Shown here in pieces: positions 13,050 through 28,355 of a DNA stretch of 64,000 nt. The position numbers and the translations under genes were made by a program. Every line of letters begins with the position of its first letter. Position 1 is the first letter of the stretch. Below the pieces are notes generated by a model. The model was not told where the DNA came from and made no database searches. It was given only the letters and a program-made list of their open reading frames with translations. This DNA is from Ruditapes philippinarum (taxonomy: Eukaryota): the NCBI RefSeq assembly GCF_026571515.1, contig NW_026864167.1:124001-188000 (forward strand), written 5' to 3'.

Positions 13050-16000
13050 TATATGTTAATGTATTATCGCATTTGGCAATGTTCTATCTACAAACGAGAG
13101 AAATAAACGTCAATATATAGAATATCTTAATTGCATCTTGGAAGGTTAATTAATAATGCATTCTGCTTACTGTACACGTATGATCAACAGGAACATGCTT
13201 ATAATCTGTTTAACAGTAGCATGGGACTCTGTATTATCGACGTACTTAAAGTTTAATATATGTCTGCATTGAATTCCATTGTTGATTTTAATAATCAATA
13301 TTTTTTCTGAAGCAGAACAAATTCAACTAATCATTGCATTTCTTTATTGAATGACGTCAAAGATTTTTAACTTTAACGTGTGCATGGCCGCACATGTTTA
13401 AATACTGTGAGTATGTCAGAAATAAGAGTTGCGCCGATAATACAAAGTTAGAGTATATATTATATATGAAGTATTGTTTGAAACATATGTTGGTTTCTTG
13501 AAATAAATGATTCTTGTTTGCTTTATCAAATTTCAAAGAAGGTCAAAACAAACCCTTAAGTAACATACACATGCTTGTATTTTTGAAGGTGAGTGACGCA
13601 TGCAATTTAAAGATACATCTAAATATCTTGAAAAGGCTGTAAAAAATGAAAGCCAATAATTTCTTTTGCAAACTTTCATACCACACATTAAAAGGTGAAA
13701 TAAATTTTGACTTGAAAAGCATGCTATTATTCATCACATATAAATTAACAGAAACATGATAGTGTTTATTATAAAAAAAACTCTCGTTTTATTAATGTTG
13801 TTGAAATAATAAAACAATAATTTACTGCCGTTGTTTGTGACAGAGACAAAAGTGTTTTAAACAAGGGTCATGAGATTAATATTTCACATTGTTGTAGGAG
13901 GGAATGACGTAAACGACAATTCCTTTGGGAAACATGAACGATTATTTTCCTGTACATAAAATGATAGATCAAATGGCAATCTTTTGTTTAATATTTTCCA
14001 TATAAGACAATGTTTGTCACTGTTTCTAGGATACAAACTATCAATTTTGAAGTGTTGCTTTTTTCTTTCTTATTGTTTAAGGAAACACAAATCAACATCT
14101 TCTTTGATTTATGAATGTGACGCATATTGAGATAATTATGCTGTGTTGAACCATAACATTTCAGACAATATGACACCAAGACCATTTATTTCATAGAGAT
14201 TCAAAAGATATAATTATTATCCAAGTAAACAAGATGTGTTTGGTTTGTAAGAAACCTGGCTTAAAATGTATTGATATGTTCCATATTGAGTTAAAAAGAG
14301 GGCCTGATTAAAAAATTTACTATAATGATTTTTGTTTCGTTAATAACCCCATGAATTAATAATAGCGGTTTTATGCAATATATTCGAATTCTAACTTATT
14401 CAAGATATGGTTTTAAAAATCTTAATTTTCAGGAAATGAAATTTACCAGCATGTTGCGTAAACTCGTGTTTGATAGTTTACTCCTTTGAAATTATGCAAA
14501 ATGTGCAGAAATCATTCATTGTTTTCGTGCAAATTTATATATCTACTTCCAGTACTGACCCTTAGTAAGAACATTGCAGTAAGTTTACACGTTGAATAAT
14601 GGTGTATATAGGATTTTTTTTTTTGCAAAATGACTTCATATAAAATAACAAAGATTAATCTAGTTTTATTATGTTGTATTTATCACTTCCGCGTAAATGA
14701 AAAACGCGGGAGACATTCTTTCAATGATACTATGTCATAACGCTTAACGAATTGTCCACCGGCAACAGTTATTGAATTGTAATTTTATATCATTATCATT
14801 AATATGCTTTTAATATAATCATCATTATGGCTTTAATTTGTTAAAAGCAATATTAATTTGAAAGTGGAAGAATAATAACAACAAAATGGTTTATCATACA
14901 TTATTGACCATAGCAGCGTAGGAAGTCACTTATTATAACAGTACGTCTAGTTCAGGGAATGATAGCTACACCATTGGATGGATATTTATAATAAATAATA
15001 CAAGTTGTGATTATCATTTAAAAAACAAACGGTAGGTTAGATCTTAGATATACTATAATTGTTTCTACCTAATGACGTGAAACTATTTTAGTAACTTATC
15101 AAGACCTGTAAGTGTGTATTATAAAAACAAAGAATATTTGTTGACGAATAGTTATATGTATTTTATAAGCATGACATATGTGCTTTATGTAAAACATAAT
15201 AATAAAATATAATAATTAATGACACAATTGTCAATAACATTTGAAAAATTACCGTGTAGTAACAGTTATAATATCATATTAACAGTTAAAATATTATTAT
15301 ACTGATCAGTGTTATTTCTTTGAAATCGTCTTGAAGGTAATCAAGTTGGAGTTGTATCAACAATTTTATATTGATTCATTTTTATGTCACTGGGTATTCT
15401 GGAACTCTTTATTTAACCTTTCATAAATTTAGTAACATTGATTTTCATGAGTCAATGATCTTCATATTGTCAATATACACGGCTTCTGAACACAATATGA
15501 ATTAAAAGCAGACATACATTATTATTTTTTTCAAAAAGACAATTCTTTCGAGGCATATGGCCGTATTAATATATTTTTGTAAATGACATACATTCAATAT
15601 TTCAATCAGTATCTAAACAATATAAATCATTGATAATTTCATGTAAGTTTATGTCTATGGCAGATCGGTATCCTTATAATTCCTTCTCGAATGAATTTCC
15701 AATTTGAATCCATATACATAAAGTTTTAGACAATAACAAAATGTCATGAACAGGTCAATGCGATGAAAGCAATCGCTTAAATTATGCAAATATATCACCA
15801 TCTAAATAACCTCAATTGTTATACATGTAATGTAAAATGTAACTAAACTGTTAAATAATTAACTCTTGATAAGGTATTAAAAATAGTTTCAAGCCCTAAA
15901 TCATTATATAAAAACTGTAAACTCTTTCAAGGGGATCTGTATAAAGCAATTAAGTAGATCGTGTTTTTGTTAATAAAAACTGATATCATTCCATATTAAA

Positions 16001-16100
16001 ATGAATATATGCAAATTTGAAACAAGGTTGGCTGATTTTTAGATGTTTATGCACAATGCCAACTGATATAGCGATTCCATGTGAAATAAAGAACGAGGCT
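13050..16100 (-). pseudogene. Unknown family member M3, copy a (best-readable member, ~1000 codons with stops and frameshifts)
   Basis: LERVYSFY 15908-15931; LYPRNSDKHCLIW 13998-14036; then ELSFTSFP, YVMNNSML, VWYESLQKKLLA, ANKNH..FKQY; ATVKQI 13203-13220. Confidence 0.72.
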
Positions 16101-18700
16101 TAACAAAGTCATGATACGTCAGATTTTTAACTTCAACGTATGCATTGCCGCACATGTTAAAATACTGTGTGTCAGAAATAGAGTTGCGACGATAATACAG
16201 AGTTAGAGTATATAGTATTTATGAAGTATCGTTTGAAAGATATGTTGGTTCTTTAAATAAATGATTCTTGTTTGCTTTATATGGTAGAAACAAACCCTTA
16301 AGCAACCTACACATGCTTGTTTTTTTGTAGATGAGTGACGCATGCAATTTAAAGATACACCTAAATATCTTGAAAAGACTGTTAAAAATGAAAACCAAGA
16401 ATTTGTTTTGCAATTTTGCATACTTCACATTAAAAGATGAAATAAACTTTGACTTGAAAAGCATGCTATTATTCATCACATATTAATAAACAGAAACACG
16501 ATGGTTTTAACTTTATAATAAAAAAAATCTCGTTCTATTAATGCTGTTGAAATAATAAAACAATAATTTACTGCCGCTGTTTGTGACACAGACAAAAGTG
16601 TTTTAAACAAGGGTCATGAGATTAATATTTCACATTGTTGTAGGAAGGAATGACGTAAACGACAATTCTTTAGTAGACCTGATGATTATTTTCCTGTACT
16701 TAAAATGACAATCATATCAAATTGCAATATTTTGTTTAATATGTTCCATATAAGACAATGTTTTTCACTGTTTCTAGGATACAAACTATCAATTTTGAAG
16801 TGTTGTTTTTTTCTTTCTTATTGTTTAAGGAAACACAAATCAACATCTTCTTTGATTTATGAATGTGACGCATATTGAGATAATCATGCTGTGTTAAACC
16901 ATAACATTTCAGACAATATGACACCAACACAATTTATTTCATAGAGATTTAAAAGACATAACTATTATCCAAATAAACAAGATGTGTTTGGTTTGTAAGA
17001 AACCTGGCTTAAAATGTATTGATATATTCCATATTGAGTTAAAAAGAGGGCCTGTTTAAAAAACTTACTATAATGATTTGTGTTTCGTTAATAACCCCAT
17101 GTATTAATAATAGCAGTTTTATGCAATAAATTCGAATTCTAACTAATTCAAGATATGCTTTTAAAAACTCTTAATTTTCAGGAAATGAAATCTACCAGCA
17201 TAATGAATAAACTCGTGTTTGATAGTTTACTCCTTTGAAATTATGCAAAATGTGCAGAAATCTTTAAAGCATCATCATTCATTGTTTTCGTGCAAATTTA
17301 TATATCTGCTTCCAGTACTGACCCTTATTAAGAACATTGCAGTAAGTTTACACTTTGAAAAATGGTGTATATAGGATTTTTTTGCAAAATGACTTAATAT
17401 AAAATAACAAAGATAAATCTAGTTTCATTATGTTGTATTTATCACTTCCGCGTTAATGCAAAACGCGGGAGACATTCTTTCAATGATACTATTTCATTAC
17501 GCTTAACGAATTGTCCATAGGCAACAATTATTCAATTGTAATTTCATATCATTATCATTATGTTTTTAATATAATCATCATTATGGCTTTAAATTGTTAA
17601 AAGCAATATCAATATGAAAGTGGAAGAATAACAACAAAAAATGGTTTATCATACATTTTTGACCATAGCAGCGTAGGAAGTCACTTATTATAACAGTATG
17701 TCTAGTTCAGGAAATAATAGCTACACCTTTGGATGGATACTTATAATAAATAATACAAGTTGTGGTTATCATTTAAACAAACGGTAGGTAAGATCTTAGA
17801 TATACTTTACTCATATTGTTTCCACCAAATGAGGTGAAACTACTTTAGTAAATTACCGTGTAGTAACAGTTATAATATCATATTAACAGTTAAAATATCA
17901 TTATACTGATAAATGTTATTTCTTTGAAAGGGTCATTCATGAATGTAACCACGTTGGAGATGTAACAGCAATTTTATATTGATTCATTTTTATGTCATTC
18001 AGTACTCTGGAACTCTTTATTTAACCTTTCATAAATTTTGTAACATTGATTTTCATTAGACTATGATCTTCATATTGTCTATGTACGCAGCTTCTAAAAA
18101 CAATATGAATTAAAAACAGGCATACAGTATTATATATTTATAAAAAGACAATTATTTCGAGGCATATGGCCGTATGAATATATTTTTGTAAATGACATAC
18201 ATTCAATACTTTCCATCAGTATTTAAAAAATATAAATCATTGATAATTTCATGTAAGTTTATGTCTATGAACGATCGGTATCCTAATAATTCCTTCTCGA
18301 ATGAATTTCCAATTTGAATCCATATACATAAAGTTTTAGACAATTACAAAATGTCATGAACAGGTCAATGCGATGAAAGCAATCGCATAAATTATGGAAA
18401 TGTATCACCGTCTTAATAACCTCAACTGTTATACATGTATTTAAAATGTAAACTGTTAAATAATTAACTCTTGATAAGGTATTAAAAATAGTTTCAAGCC
18501 CTAAATCATTATGATAAAAACTGTCAACCCTGTCAAGGGGATCTGTATAAAGCAATTAAGTAGATCGTGTTTTTGTTAATAAAAACTAATATTATTCCAT
18601 ATTAAAATGAATATATGCAAACAAGGTTGGCTGATTGTTAGATGTTTATGCACAATGCCAACTGATATAGCGATTCCATGTGAAATAAAGAACAAGACAT
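13352..18700 (+). repeat. Internal ~2.7-kb tandem duplication in A1 (13352-16112 / 16113-18700)
   Basis: acgtca(aa)gatttttaactt..acgt..gcat.gccgcacatgtt starts both units, and both end gattccatgtgaaataaagaac. Unit A2 has only one copy. Confidence 0.93.
16115..18700 (-). pseudogene. M3 copy b (3'-truncated by the duplication boundary)
   Basis: LYPRNSEKHCLIW at 16746-16784. ORF 18283-18555 preserves LYTDPLDRVDSFY. Confidence 0.7.
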
Positions 18701-21700
18701 AGTACAATATGAAAAGAAAACTATTATAGAGTGTTCCTAAAATGAATAGCACTGTATCCTAATGTTACATGCACGTATACCAATTTAAATGTTTGCAATG
18801 CATTAAATATATTACGATATTTGCCTGTGTAAACAGGGAACAACAACATTATTTATACCTTGCATCAATACTTAATGTCATTTTACACATGTACTGATGA
18901 AAAACACACAGGTGTCAAAACTAGCAAAGTGATTGATGAAAATGATTTTTTGTATCACCATTGACCGTCAATCTGACTATAGTTCAGATCTTCTAATTTC
19001 TTTCAAGTAGGTCTGATTGCAATCGTATATGTTTCGCCTTCATTGTGGTTGGGATTATCGGAGGAGGCTATTTTTATTTAGACTTGCAATCAAACTGTCA
19101 TTTACAGTGAGCATAAGACGAAGTATTAAAAGAAGTAAAACAAATTGTTAATTTTTTTCTGACAAAAATCTTTGAAGTATATTTATAATCTGGAAATAAT
19201 AGACTCAATTTTAAATGGGCAAGATTGTTTTACTATGAAACTAATAAAAAAATTATTGGAAATCGAGCGTTTTAAAAAAGTGTGAAACTCGACGATGATT
19301 GGTTGTTTAAAAGGTCACGAGAAGGTCACAAATTATTGGTTGTCGCCTGGTTCTAATGTGTATCGTTATTTGAGATCTTAATTTTTAATCAATCGACTGA
19401 ATTTTACGTCAGGCTGATATGAGAAATATTAAGCGTCTGAGTGATAAATTTAAAATGGATATTTTTGTATTTGCACGGGGTTACTTAAAATGTTAAAATT
19501 AGCTAATCCCAAATGGTTGAATTAAGCTTAAAAATGTTCAAAGTATTTAATAGTAATTAATTCAAAGTAAGATATTTCACTGAAATAAAAAAAAAAATGA
19601 TTGTTAAACAATATAGCAGTACATTTATTGTTTATGCTGCTCTCTTCTTTGCACATCAAATAATCCTTTCAAAATTGTTAACAAGGCTATTTGTTACTTA
19701 CATTGTAAATTTCTTATTCATAAATTGAGACATTCCCATTCAATATACATTCAAAACAAGTGCGTTTGTATTTTCGGATTAAAAAAACGCTTTATCATGG
19801 ATAGATTTTGCATTGCCAAGAAAGGTAAGAAAGGTCCGCACTTATTTTTTTATCATCTCATGTAGGTCTTAACCAATAACCTGTTTGTAAAATGTCGGGT
19901 TATTCGTTTGCATTGTTTTTCCAGTATACCCTTTTTTAATTTTGGAAATGACACCAAAATAACAGGTATTATACATATTTTGAACACAAATCTGACAAAA
20001 AATTGCAGAAAACAAAATCAATTTTTTTAAAATTTTATTCTGAGTATATATCTCTTTTATCGTCGTTTTACCCTAGTTGTTCTATCTAGTTTTTAAAATT
20101 TTGAGGTTTAAATCTTTCTCAGTAGTGCCCTTGTAATAATGTAAAATAACTTCCGTTTATTGATCAATGTGGCCAGATTCATCTTTAATCTATCATTTTG
20201 TTACGTGATTGATACAGAATAAAGCACTAACGAGAACCAGGTGATGTTTATACCGCATGCTGATTTAGCACGCTGATTGTGATAAATAATGTGACGTGTA
20301 TTACAGCCTTATTGATTGCAGTCCATTAACAGATAATGTAGTGCCTAACTATTTACACATTAAACATTTATAAATAAATATTAATTGCTTCATAAAATAT
20401 CCAAGCAAAATATTAATTTTAAGCGTGATATTCAGATTGCTCAACCATACCTTTGGATACAAGTAAGTCCGGTTACTGTTAACGATACAAATGTAGTAAT
20501 GTATGATCCATTGCAAAATCTATTGATCTGGTAATTTTTCGACTGGACGATTTCAACTCCAGCTGTATAATATATTTCTGATCCATTTTTATCGATATAC
20601 TCATTATTGATCTTGCGTTGCATTCTTTGGATGATATTTATTTTTGTTATAATTTAATTACGTCTTGACAAATTAACACATAAAGAGCTAGTTTGTCATA
20701 CGTCCATTAACTTAAATTACTACTTGAACAACAAAGGTTGCCCTAAATTATTATTCTGTATCAGCAATTAGTACATGGTTAGCATGATAGACATTGATGT
20801 CAAATTTAACAGAAACGATTTTAACATCCATCAATGCAATATGGCATATACATTTGTATCACAAAATAGTACCCCGTCTTTAGTTAGCACTTTCATTGTA
20901 CATATTTGTTCACGTTTCAAACCGATTTCAGGATAATGTCTAGATAATCAATTCTGGTTGAAACATATTCTAAATGTCAAATAACACGCACAACTGTTTT
21001 ATGTTAAATGAGTACAGTGGTTTTCTTCAACAATATCAAATTACAAGTATTACATAGTTTACATAACAAATATGCTCTACATTTTCAGTTTAAGTATATA
21101 TTTCTATGGCAAATTTGTTGTTAGTAAATGTGTATGTTTTATTCGTTAGATACGTTACAATAATATTCGAAACATTCATCATTCACGATCAATCCACCTT
21201 CAAGATGATAATGACAAAACATTTAAGAAGATTACAATTAATTTGTATTACGAGAGTTTTGACTTTCACCACTCTGTCTGAATGATAATTTATGAAACGT
21301 TACCTGGAGTTAGGCAAGAAATAAAGCATAGTTTGGAACAGAGTTGTACTTCAATTGTTTCCGTGACAAGACGTTGGAAGCAAGTATATAGTTTTCATGT
21401 TCAACTTTATATTCTTTTAAGGCTAAGATATATTTAATCGGATTTGTTTTGGAAGCATTGTTTGTAAAGCTGAAGAAATTGTTGAGATTTACAAAATTTT
21501 CATAGATATTGTATCAAAATTCTGTATTTAATGAAGTAAGCTTACACAATATTTATAAACTAAGTCAATTTAGATAAAAGTCAATCGAAATGTAAACTAT
21601 ACTTTGAAAATATACTGTAGCATACTCATAAATATAAATGTAATTGACACAATTTTGTTCACTAAAAATTGATTGCCCAATGATACTAGTTGCTACTTTG

Positions 21701-24337
21701 CCATTTTGATAAAATTGATCAAATGAAAAACTAAATTTATTCAATGTTACACATGGTAATTGACAGCAGCAATTTTCAAATTTTGTAATATGCATTACCA
21801 TTGGAAAAATAAGCGTATAATACTGAAATGCATTTTGACTTACTTGTTACTTGATATTTTTTTAATAGTAACCAACGGACGTGTTGGCAATACACTTCGG
21901 ACATTTTACCGTATTTGATGAAAATCGTAATATGAAACTAACACCCTATATTTAAGAAAGTTTTGTGCCTTGCCAAAACACAAGCTTTGAAATTGAATTG
22001 GTTTGACAGCAAGCAAAAATACATTAAATCTAAGTTTCCTTGAACAGATTTTAGTAAATAATATATTCTTATTTCGATAACGCATTTTTCACAAACACCA
22101 ACAGATTATTTATTAGCTTACGTGTCAATATCTCAATATGTATTTAATTAGATTTTTCCTAATTACGCCTTACACAAACAGTTTGTCACATTCACAGCGG
22201 AAAAAGCAGAAGTAGGTGTACCACCTATCTTAAAAAGCATGTAAATATTTTTTTCAAGTCTTCGTCTAATTGCTATGCTTCAACGAAAACAGAAAAAATA
22301 TCTGCTTGTAACTTAAAGCAAGTCTTTAGCGTGTTTACTGATTTTTTTCAATACTTGGTGGATTTGTCTCAATAATATTTAAATATCATATATCGTTTAA
22401 CTAATTTGAACGTTTGGTGAATAAATGATAGAATGCGAGTTTTGCAAATAATATGAGTATTGTAATCATTCAAATTAACACAAATTTAATGAAGAGAACA
22501 CTTCAAACAATGCTGCCCATTACTTGAATTATCAATCAGAATAATACAGTTTTTACAATTACAAATCGTTTTTAATTGTCTCGATTTTATACTTGATCTC
22601 ATAATTTCAGATAAAATGATTTGAAACCATCTCTGTTGTTAAGCAAAACATGTATAAACTTGAACTATTGAAGTTGCTCAATAGAATTGCTAAATATCAA
22701 TAGCTGCAAAAAACAACAAATGCTTATTTCAAAGACAATTTATCATTATTGCGTTCTATATCTTATTACTAAATGCATAGAAATGTTTTACTGCGACCAA
22801 TTATATCTAATCATCCCTTTAAAAAGGAGAAATTGACGTCAGAAATATGAGCATTGCAATGTATTAAATCAAATTCTTGTTAATCAAAATCATGTTTAAA
22901 TTTAGTTAAGGATGGAAGCTAATCATTGCTACTTTTGCATACAGAATTATCTATTGATCAAATTTGAACTATGTTAAGAACGTCGAACGCTGTTTTTGTC
23001 CGTTTCTGTGCCTATTTGTTATAGCACATTCAATCATCCTTAAGGTTAAAATAGTTGTTTTTAGCTTTTAAAAAGAAAGTTTGCATGATATTAATGACAC
23101 TTAAGTAATTGACAAATCCTAGAAATAGAAGTTATATTCAAGAAAATTATTGTAGTATGGTTATACTTGACTTGAAAGGAGCTTAAGTCCGAAGTATAAC
23201 CCCCGCTCCTAAGATTTTCTCTAGTCGAAATGATATTATAGTCTCTGTTTTCTCAAATCGCTTTTTATCATATAGCCATATTTAGACAATTTCATCATGT
23301 AAAAACAAGAGATTTACTGTATTAGAAAACAAAAAATGCGATAACTTGTGCCAGAATTTAGTCATTTAATTATCTTAAAAGAAACAGAAATAGAAATTTG
23401 TTTAAAATTGATTTTGTAAACATATATTAGATAACCTTGAAAATATATCACACAGTCAATTATGTACACGGTAGCTTTTGTTCAGCCATTAACCCGCATT
23501 GTAACACCGCAAAACGTCAGTATCGCAAAACGTACTCGTGTGGACGTTTTGCGGCGCATTTCGTACACATGTGGACGTTTTGCAGTGCAATATCATGCTT
23601 GGTACATTTTGCGGCGAGAGTGTGTCTTTGCGTCGCATATTGTCCGTATTTTCTGTGTTAAAATATATTCATTATAAACGTTACTTTTATTGTTTCTGTC
23701 ACTTTCATATTGTTTCAGGAAAAGATATGACGAAATAAACATAAAAGTGCAATATTTTGTGATCCTATATAATTCTGACTTTTTTTATTTTTTAAACCGA
23801 GGACGTTTTTCTAATAGTTTTTTTTATGGAATGGAAACAAGCAGCAGCAACAGTATAAGCAGCAGCAGCAGCAGCAGAGATATAAAAACGATGATACTGA
23901 AATAAATGTAATCTTATAGACATACAGAAAAGGGCGGCTATACGGACGGACGAACTGGGTATTGGACTGAGTGAATGACAAAAAAAAATAAAATTAAGTT
24001 GTGCTTTTGACAATAGCTTTTCATATAATTGCATCAAGAAGTGGGAATGATTTTTTATGTTCTTGTTGACTATTGAGGTTTGGTTCTACAGTTCATTTTT
24101 ACGGGTATGGATAGGGGCTTTTGACAGCGTAGTCATATTTTAGCGAGAGAGCTTTATTGTCATGGAGATGGGGCCTTTAAGTCGCCTAGTCATAATTGAG
24201 AAGAGAGCTTTTGTCGCGGCGGGCGGGGGTGGGCATGGGGGAGCTTATCCTGTCATAAATGTATGAATATTATCTGATCATTGACAACAAAGAAATTGCA
24301 GTTTTATCACAATTCAATAATTTGGTTTTAAAATATG

Positions 24338-25694
24338 TATTTATTTTTATTATTCAAAGGCAAATAACTCTTGACATATTCAGTCGTTTTAGCTCTTAAA
24401 TGAACTTGATCGAGACATTTTTTAAACATATTCTGTATAATAGAATTTAAGAATGGAGACGAAACGAAAGCACTAACAAGGTGAAATATAATCCATTTTT
24501 TTTGTTGTTGTTGTGTGCTTTTTTTGTTTTATTAGATTTGGCCTATAATCTTACTTTGTTAAGATTTTATGGTCATAGGTATTCTGTTGAAAATTGTCAC
24601 GATTGAAGAAGAAATGAAAGCGTTGGAGAAACAATTTGAAATAAAACATATATTGAAATTCAAGGGCAGATAACTCTGGACATATTGCTAAGGGTATGTG
24701 GATGCTAGAGTGGTAACAAACTAAATTTGGACGGACAGACAGACAGGTGCATACTTAGGTGAGCTAAAATAAACACACAATAACACCTGATAATTACTGG
24801 TCAAAATTAACGAAAATTATAAAAACTTTAAAATATGGACCTTATGCTGCAGGACCATGCCTTTTTGCCGCAAAATGTACTTCAGAAAAATGTGGACGAT
24901 ATGCGCCGCAAAACGTCCATATACCTACGTTTTGCGGTACGGGCGTTTTGCGGTGTTACACCGCATATGTTTTCTTTCTTAGATGTACAATATATAAAAT
25001 TTAGTTTTCATCAAACTGTATTTATTTATTATTCAAAGGCAAATAACTCTTGACATATTCAGTCGTTTTAGCTCTTAAATGAACTTGATCGAGACCTTTT
25101 TTTAAACATATTCTGTATAAAAGAATTTAAGAATGGAGACGAAACGAAAGCACTAACAAGGTGAAATAGAATCCGTTTTTTTTGTTGTTGTTGTGTGCTT
25201 TTTTTGTTTTATTAGATTTGGCCTATAATCTTACTTTGTTAAGATTTTATGGTCATAGGTATTCTGTTGAAAATTGTCACGATTGAAGAAGAAATGAAAG
25301 CGTTGGAGTAACAATTTGAAATATAACATATATTGAAATTCAAGGGCAGATAACTCTGGACATATTGCTAAGGGTATGTGGATGCTAGAGTGGTAACAAA
25401 CTAAATTTGGACGGACAGACAGACAGGCGCATACTTAGGTGAGCTAAAATAAACATACAATAACACCTGATAATTACTGGTCAAAATTAACGAAAATTAT
25501 AAAAACTTTAAAATATGGACCTTATGCTGCAGGACCATGCCTTTTTGCCGCAAAATGTACTTCAGAAAAATGTGGACGATATGCGCCGCAAAACGTCCAT
25601 ATACCTACGTTTTGTGGTACGGGCGTTTTGCGGTGTTACACCGCATATGTTTTCTTTCTTAGATGTACAATATATAAAATTTAGTTTTCATCAA
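24338..25694 (+). repeat. ~680-bp tandem duplication of the HINE part plus the right TIR, private to A2
   Basis: ttattcaaaggcaaataactc... to ...ttagttttcatcaaa occurs twice. It produces the twin ORFs 24835 and 25515. Confidence 0.92.
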
Positions 25695-28118
25695 ATATTT
25701 GAATTTCTGACTCTTAATACATGTCAAATATTAATATCTTTAAGTGGAGAAAATGTTTGATCCTTATTACATTTACCTGTCTTCTATCTTTTTTTCAGAA
25801 ATTTTAATGTTGATCTATTATTCAATTAACAATGCATAATAATACATGTATATTTGTTAAATTCTATATACTATATGTTTTAACGAAACATTTCTAAGCT
25901 TGACGACAACAATGGAATCGTAAAACTATTTAAAATAGATACTTTTTCTAAACGTAAGTAATATATCAAATACCGTATAAATACCATACATGGTATCCTA
26001 GAAATGAAATAGCGTATTTGATAAAAGGTCAATCGAGACTTCCCCTTGTTACACGAGTTTATATATAACACGGGAAATAATACTCAATTACTCTTTGGAT
26101 TTATTAATGTATCCCAATTCCATCTCTCTGTAAGTGATAAAAGTTCGATGCCGTCTCGTTGTTTTCCACACAATATCGCCTCTTGGCCCTAAACAAGATT
26201 ATGAGATGAACGATTGGAAATAATTAGGAATAACATACGGGGGTCAATGTGAGTTCAGAACTTATCATTTTTCTATATATGAGGTTATTCAATGAACAGC
26301 AAAATGAACATGTTTTCCCCAAGATGAGTCACAATATTTCTAAATCAAACTTGAGCGCAATGTACATAGGTTAAAGAAAGTAAAAATATGTAAGATTCAA
26401 GTAACAATGTACATGTTTTGTGTGAATAATAACTGAATTTGTAACAGTAGTATTTACCACTAAATATCCTCTTCATAAACTTTAATATAAATGTTTAAAG
26501 TACACTTACTAAAATATCATCTACCGCGGGACTAACGCATTGAGGGCTATTTTTGCAATTTTTTACTTCATTTTGGTAATTTATGTGGATTGTGAGCTTT
26601 TTTGTAATGAGTAAATTAATATCATTGTTAACTTCATAATAATGTATATTTAAAAAAAATTTAAACTGATTCATGAAAATCAATGAGTATGAAGGCGTCC
26701 TGCTTAAAACTATAAACCTGGCATCGATAATTTAAAACATTAATATGCCCTCAAAATACAAATTATATTTCTCCATCGTATTGACATATAAATTGCTACA
26801 AGAATGCAGCCATGTTTATTATCACGTTTTTTTCTTCAGATGTATAATCTTAATGGCCAGAGAGAGATCAATTACTTCTAACAGTGCTTAAAGTACCGTA
26901 CCATAAATAACAATTAACACATCAAAATGATAAAACCAATGCAATTTGTGAAAACCACCAAATACCCTTTTCATAAAGGATAAAATAAAAGTGTATATCA
27001 GCTGTGTATGCATACGTAAATGTAAATGTAGTATATGTAAAATATGAAAGGTTCATTTAGAAGCATATCGTTCAGTGTCATAAAATGCTATGAAAAAAAA
27101 AAACAGTAACAACACGGAAATAACCTAAAAAATTACAAATGAAAGCTGTTTGTTTTTGTCCATGTATGTCCTTTTACGTATTGTTTGCTTAAGTTCCAAC
27201 ACTGTTGAATATCTGATTAGATATTATTCAGAAAGGAACAGTAACACACCCATGTTATCTAGGTATGCAAACCAACTTTGCCATTAAGGTTTTGTTTTGC
27301 ACTGGCCCTTACGTGCAATAACATATAAAAGAATACTTAATAGTGGGGATTTTAACTGTTAAATTAGGACATATCCTTTAGTTTTACTACTTAAGTCATA
27401 TTTACTAATTTTCTGTTGACCTAAACAGCATACAAACAAAACATGTACTTTCAATTTTGCTACAAGTGGTTGCAGACTTTATTTCTTTTAAAACATCATT
27501 TCTGTAGTCTGGACATCAAAGTAACAGTCAATGGTAAGCCAGTTTTATTAACGAAATGTAGCTATTTCTGTTTTATGAGATCAATAAAATGCAGCTTTAA
27601 TATGCTTTCAAAAGGCGGACATGAAGTAAGAACTGTCATAATTGTCTACAGTTACATGTTACGCTATATAAAATGTCTACAACAAGCAACACATAAATAT
27701 ACTAGTATTGAAAATTGAGATTGATGTTAATATCATCATTGTATAGCTTTTAGACATTTTAAAAAGTATCTATACATGTATTGCTCCAAGCCATTTATTG
27801 TCCAGAAGAATCTTGTTCAAGTAAAAGGCCATATGATTATTTTCGGTTTAAAAATTATTATATACGCTTTTCGTAAGGGATTATACGTATCTTAAATAAG
27901 CTTAAGGATTTACAATTCCCAGTTTCCTGTGAAATAATGTATTCCAATCAAAGCTTTTCTGCAATGTATCTCAAACTTGAAGTGATAATTATGGAAGCAA
28001 ATTGCTTGAAAATAATTGATACGGAAAGTTAAGTTATGTAACATGTGTATGGTAGTTTCTGATACGTATTCTATTAATCAATTATTTAGCGGTAAAACAT
28101 AAACGTAATAAAAAGATA

Positions 28119-28355
28119 TGAGCCGTTCCATGCCAAAACCAACATAATGCGTTTGCGACCAGCATGGATCCAGACAAGCTTGCGCATCCGCGCAGTCTGA
28201 TAAGGATTCCTGCTGTTCGCTTACAAACCCTATTAGAAGTAGAGAAACTGATAGCGAACAGCATGGATCCAGACCAGACTGCGTGTATGCGCAGGCTTGG
28301 CTGGATCCATGCTGGTCTCAAACGAATTATGTTGGTTTTGTCATGGTGCGGCTAA
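28119..28355. mobile_element. Palindromic MITE (~237 bp), private to A2
   Basis: Ends tgagccg..ccatg..aaaaccaacataat and attatgttggttttgtcatgg.gcggct; internal cagcatggatcc palindromes. Empty site at ~10020 in A1. It resembles a repeat I recall from venerid clam genomes (unverified). Confidence 0.9.

Larger units (their letters stand above)
2000..19435 (+). repeat. Tandem segmental duplication unit A, copy 1 (~17.4 kb)
   Basis: Colinear with 19420-36226. Start: ctgagtgataaa at ~2006 and ~19437. End: atatgag(a/g)aatatta at ~19417 and ~36206. Paired near-identical ORFs in the track (5613/23538, 7744/25880) confirm it. Confidence 0.95.

Noticed and set aside
13988-14045. 'DSLYP' and 'LYGKY' resemble family-B DNA polymerase motifs A and B (Maverick/Polinton)
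   Set aside because: They overlap in different frames, the catalytic Asp is missing, paralogs read RRLYP / RHLYL, and I saw no YxDTDS motif.
24835-25760. Twin ORFs MDLMLQDHAF...
   Set aside because: They lie in a duplicated transposon end, and the A1 copy has a stop codon in this frame.
28082-28355. ORFs on both strands
   Set aside because: By-products of the GC-rich palindromic MITE.
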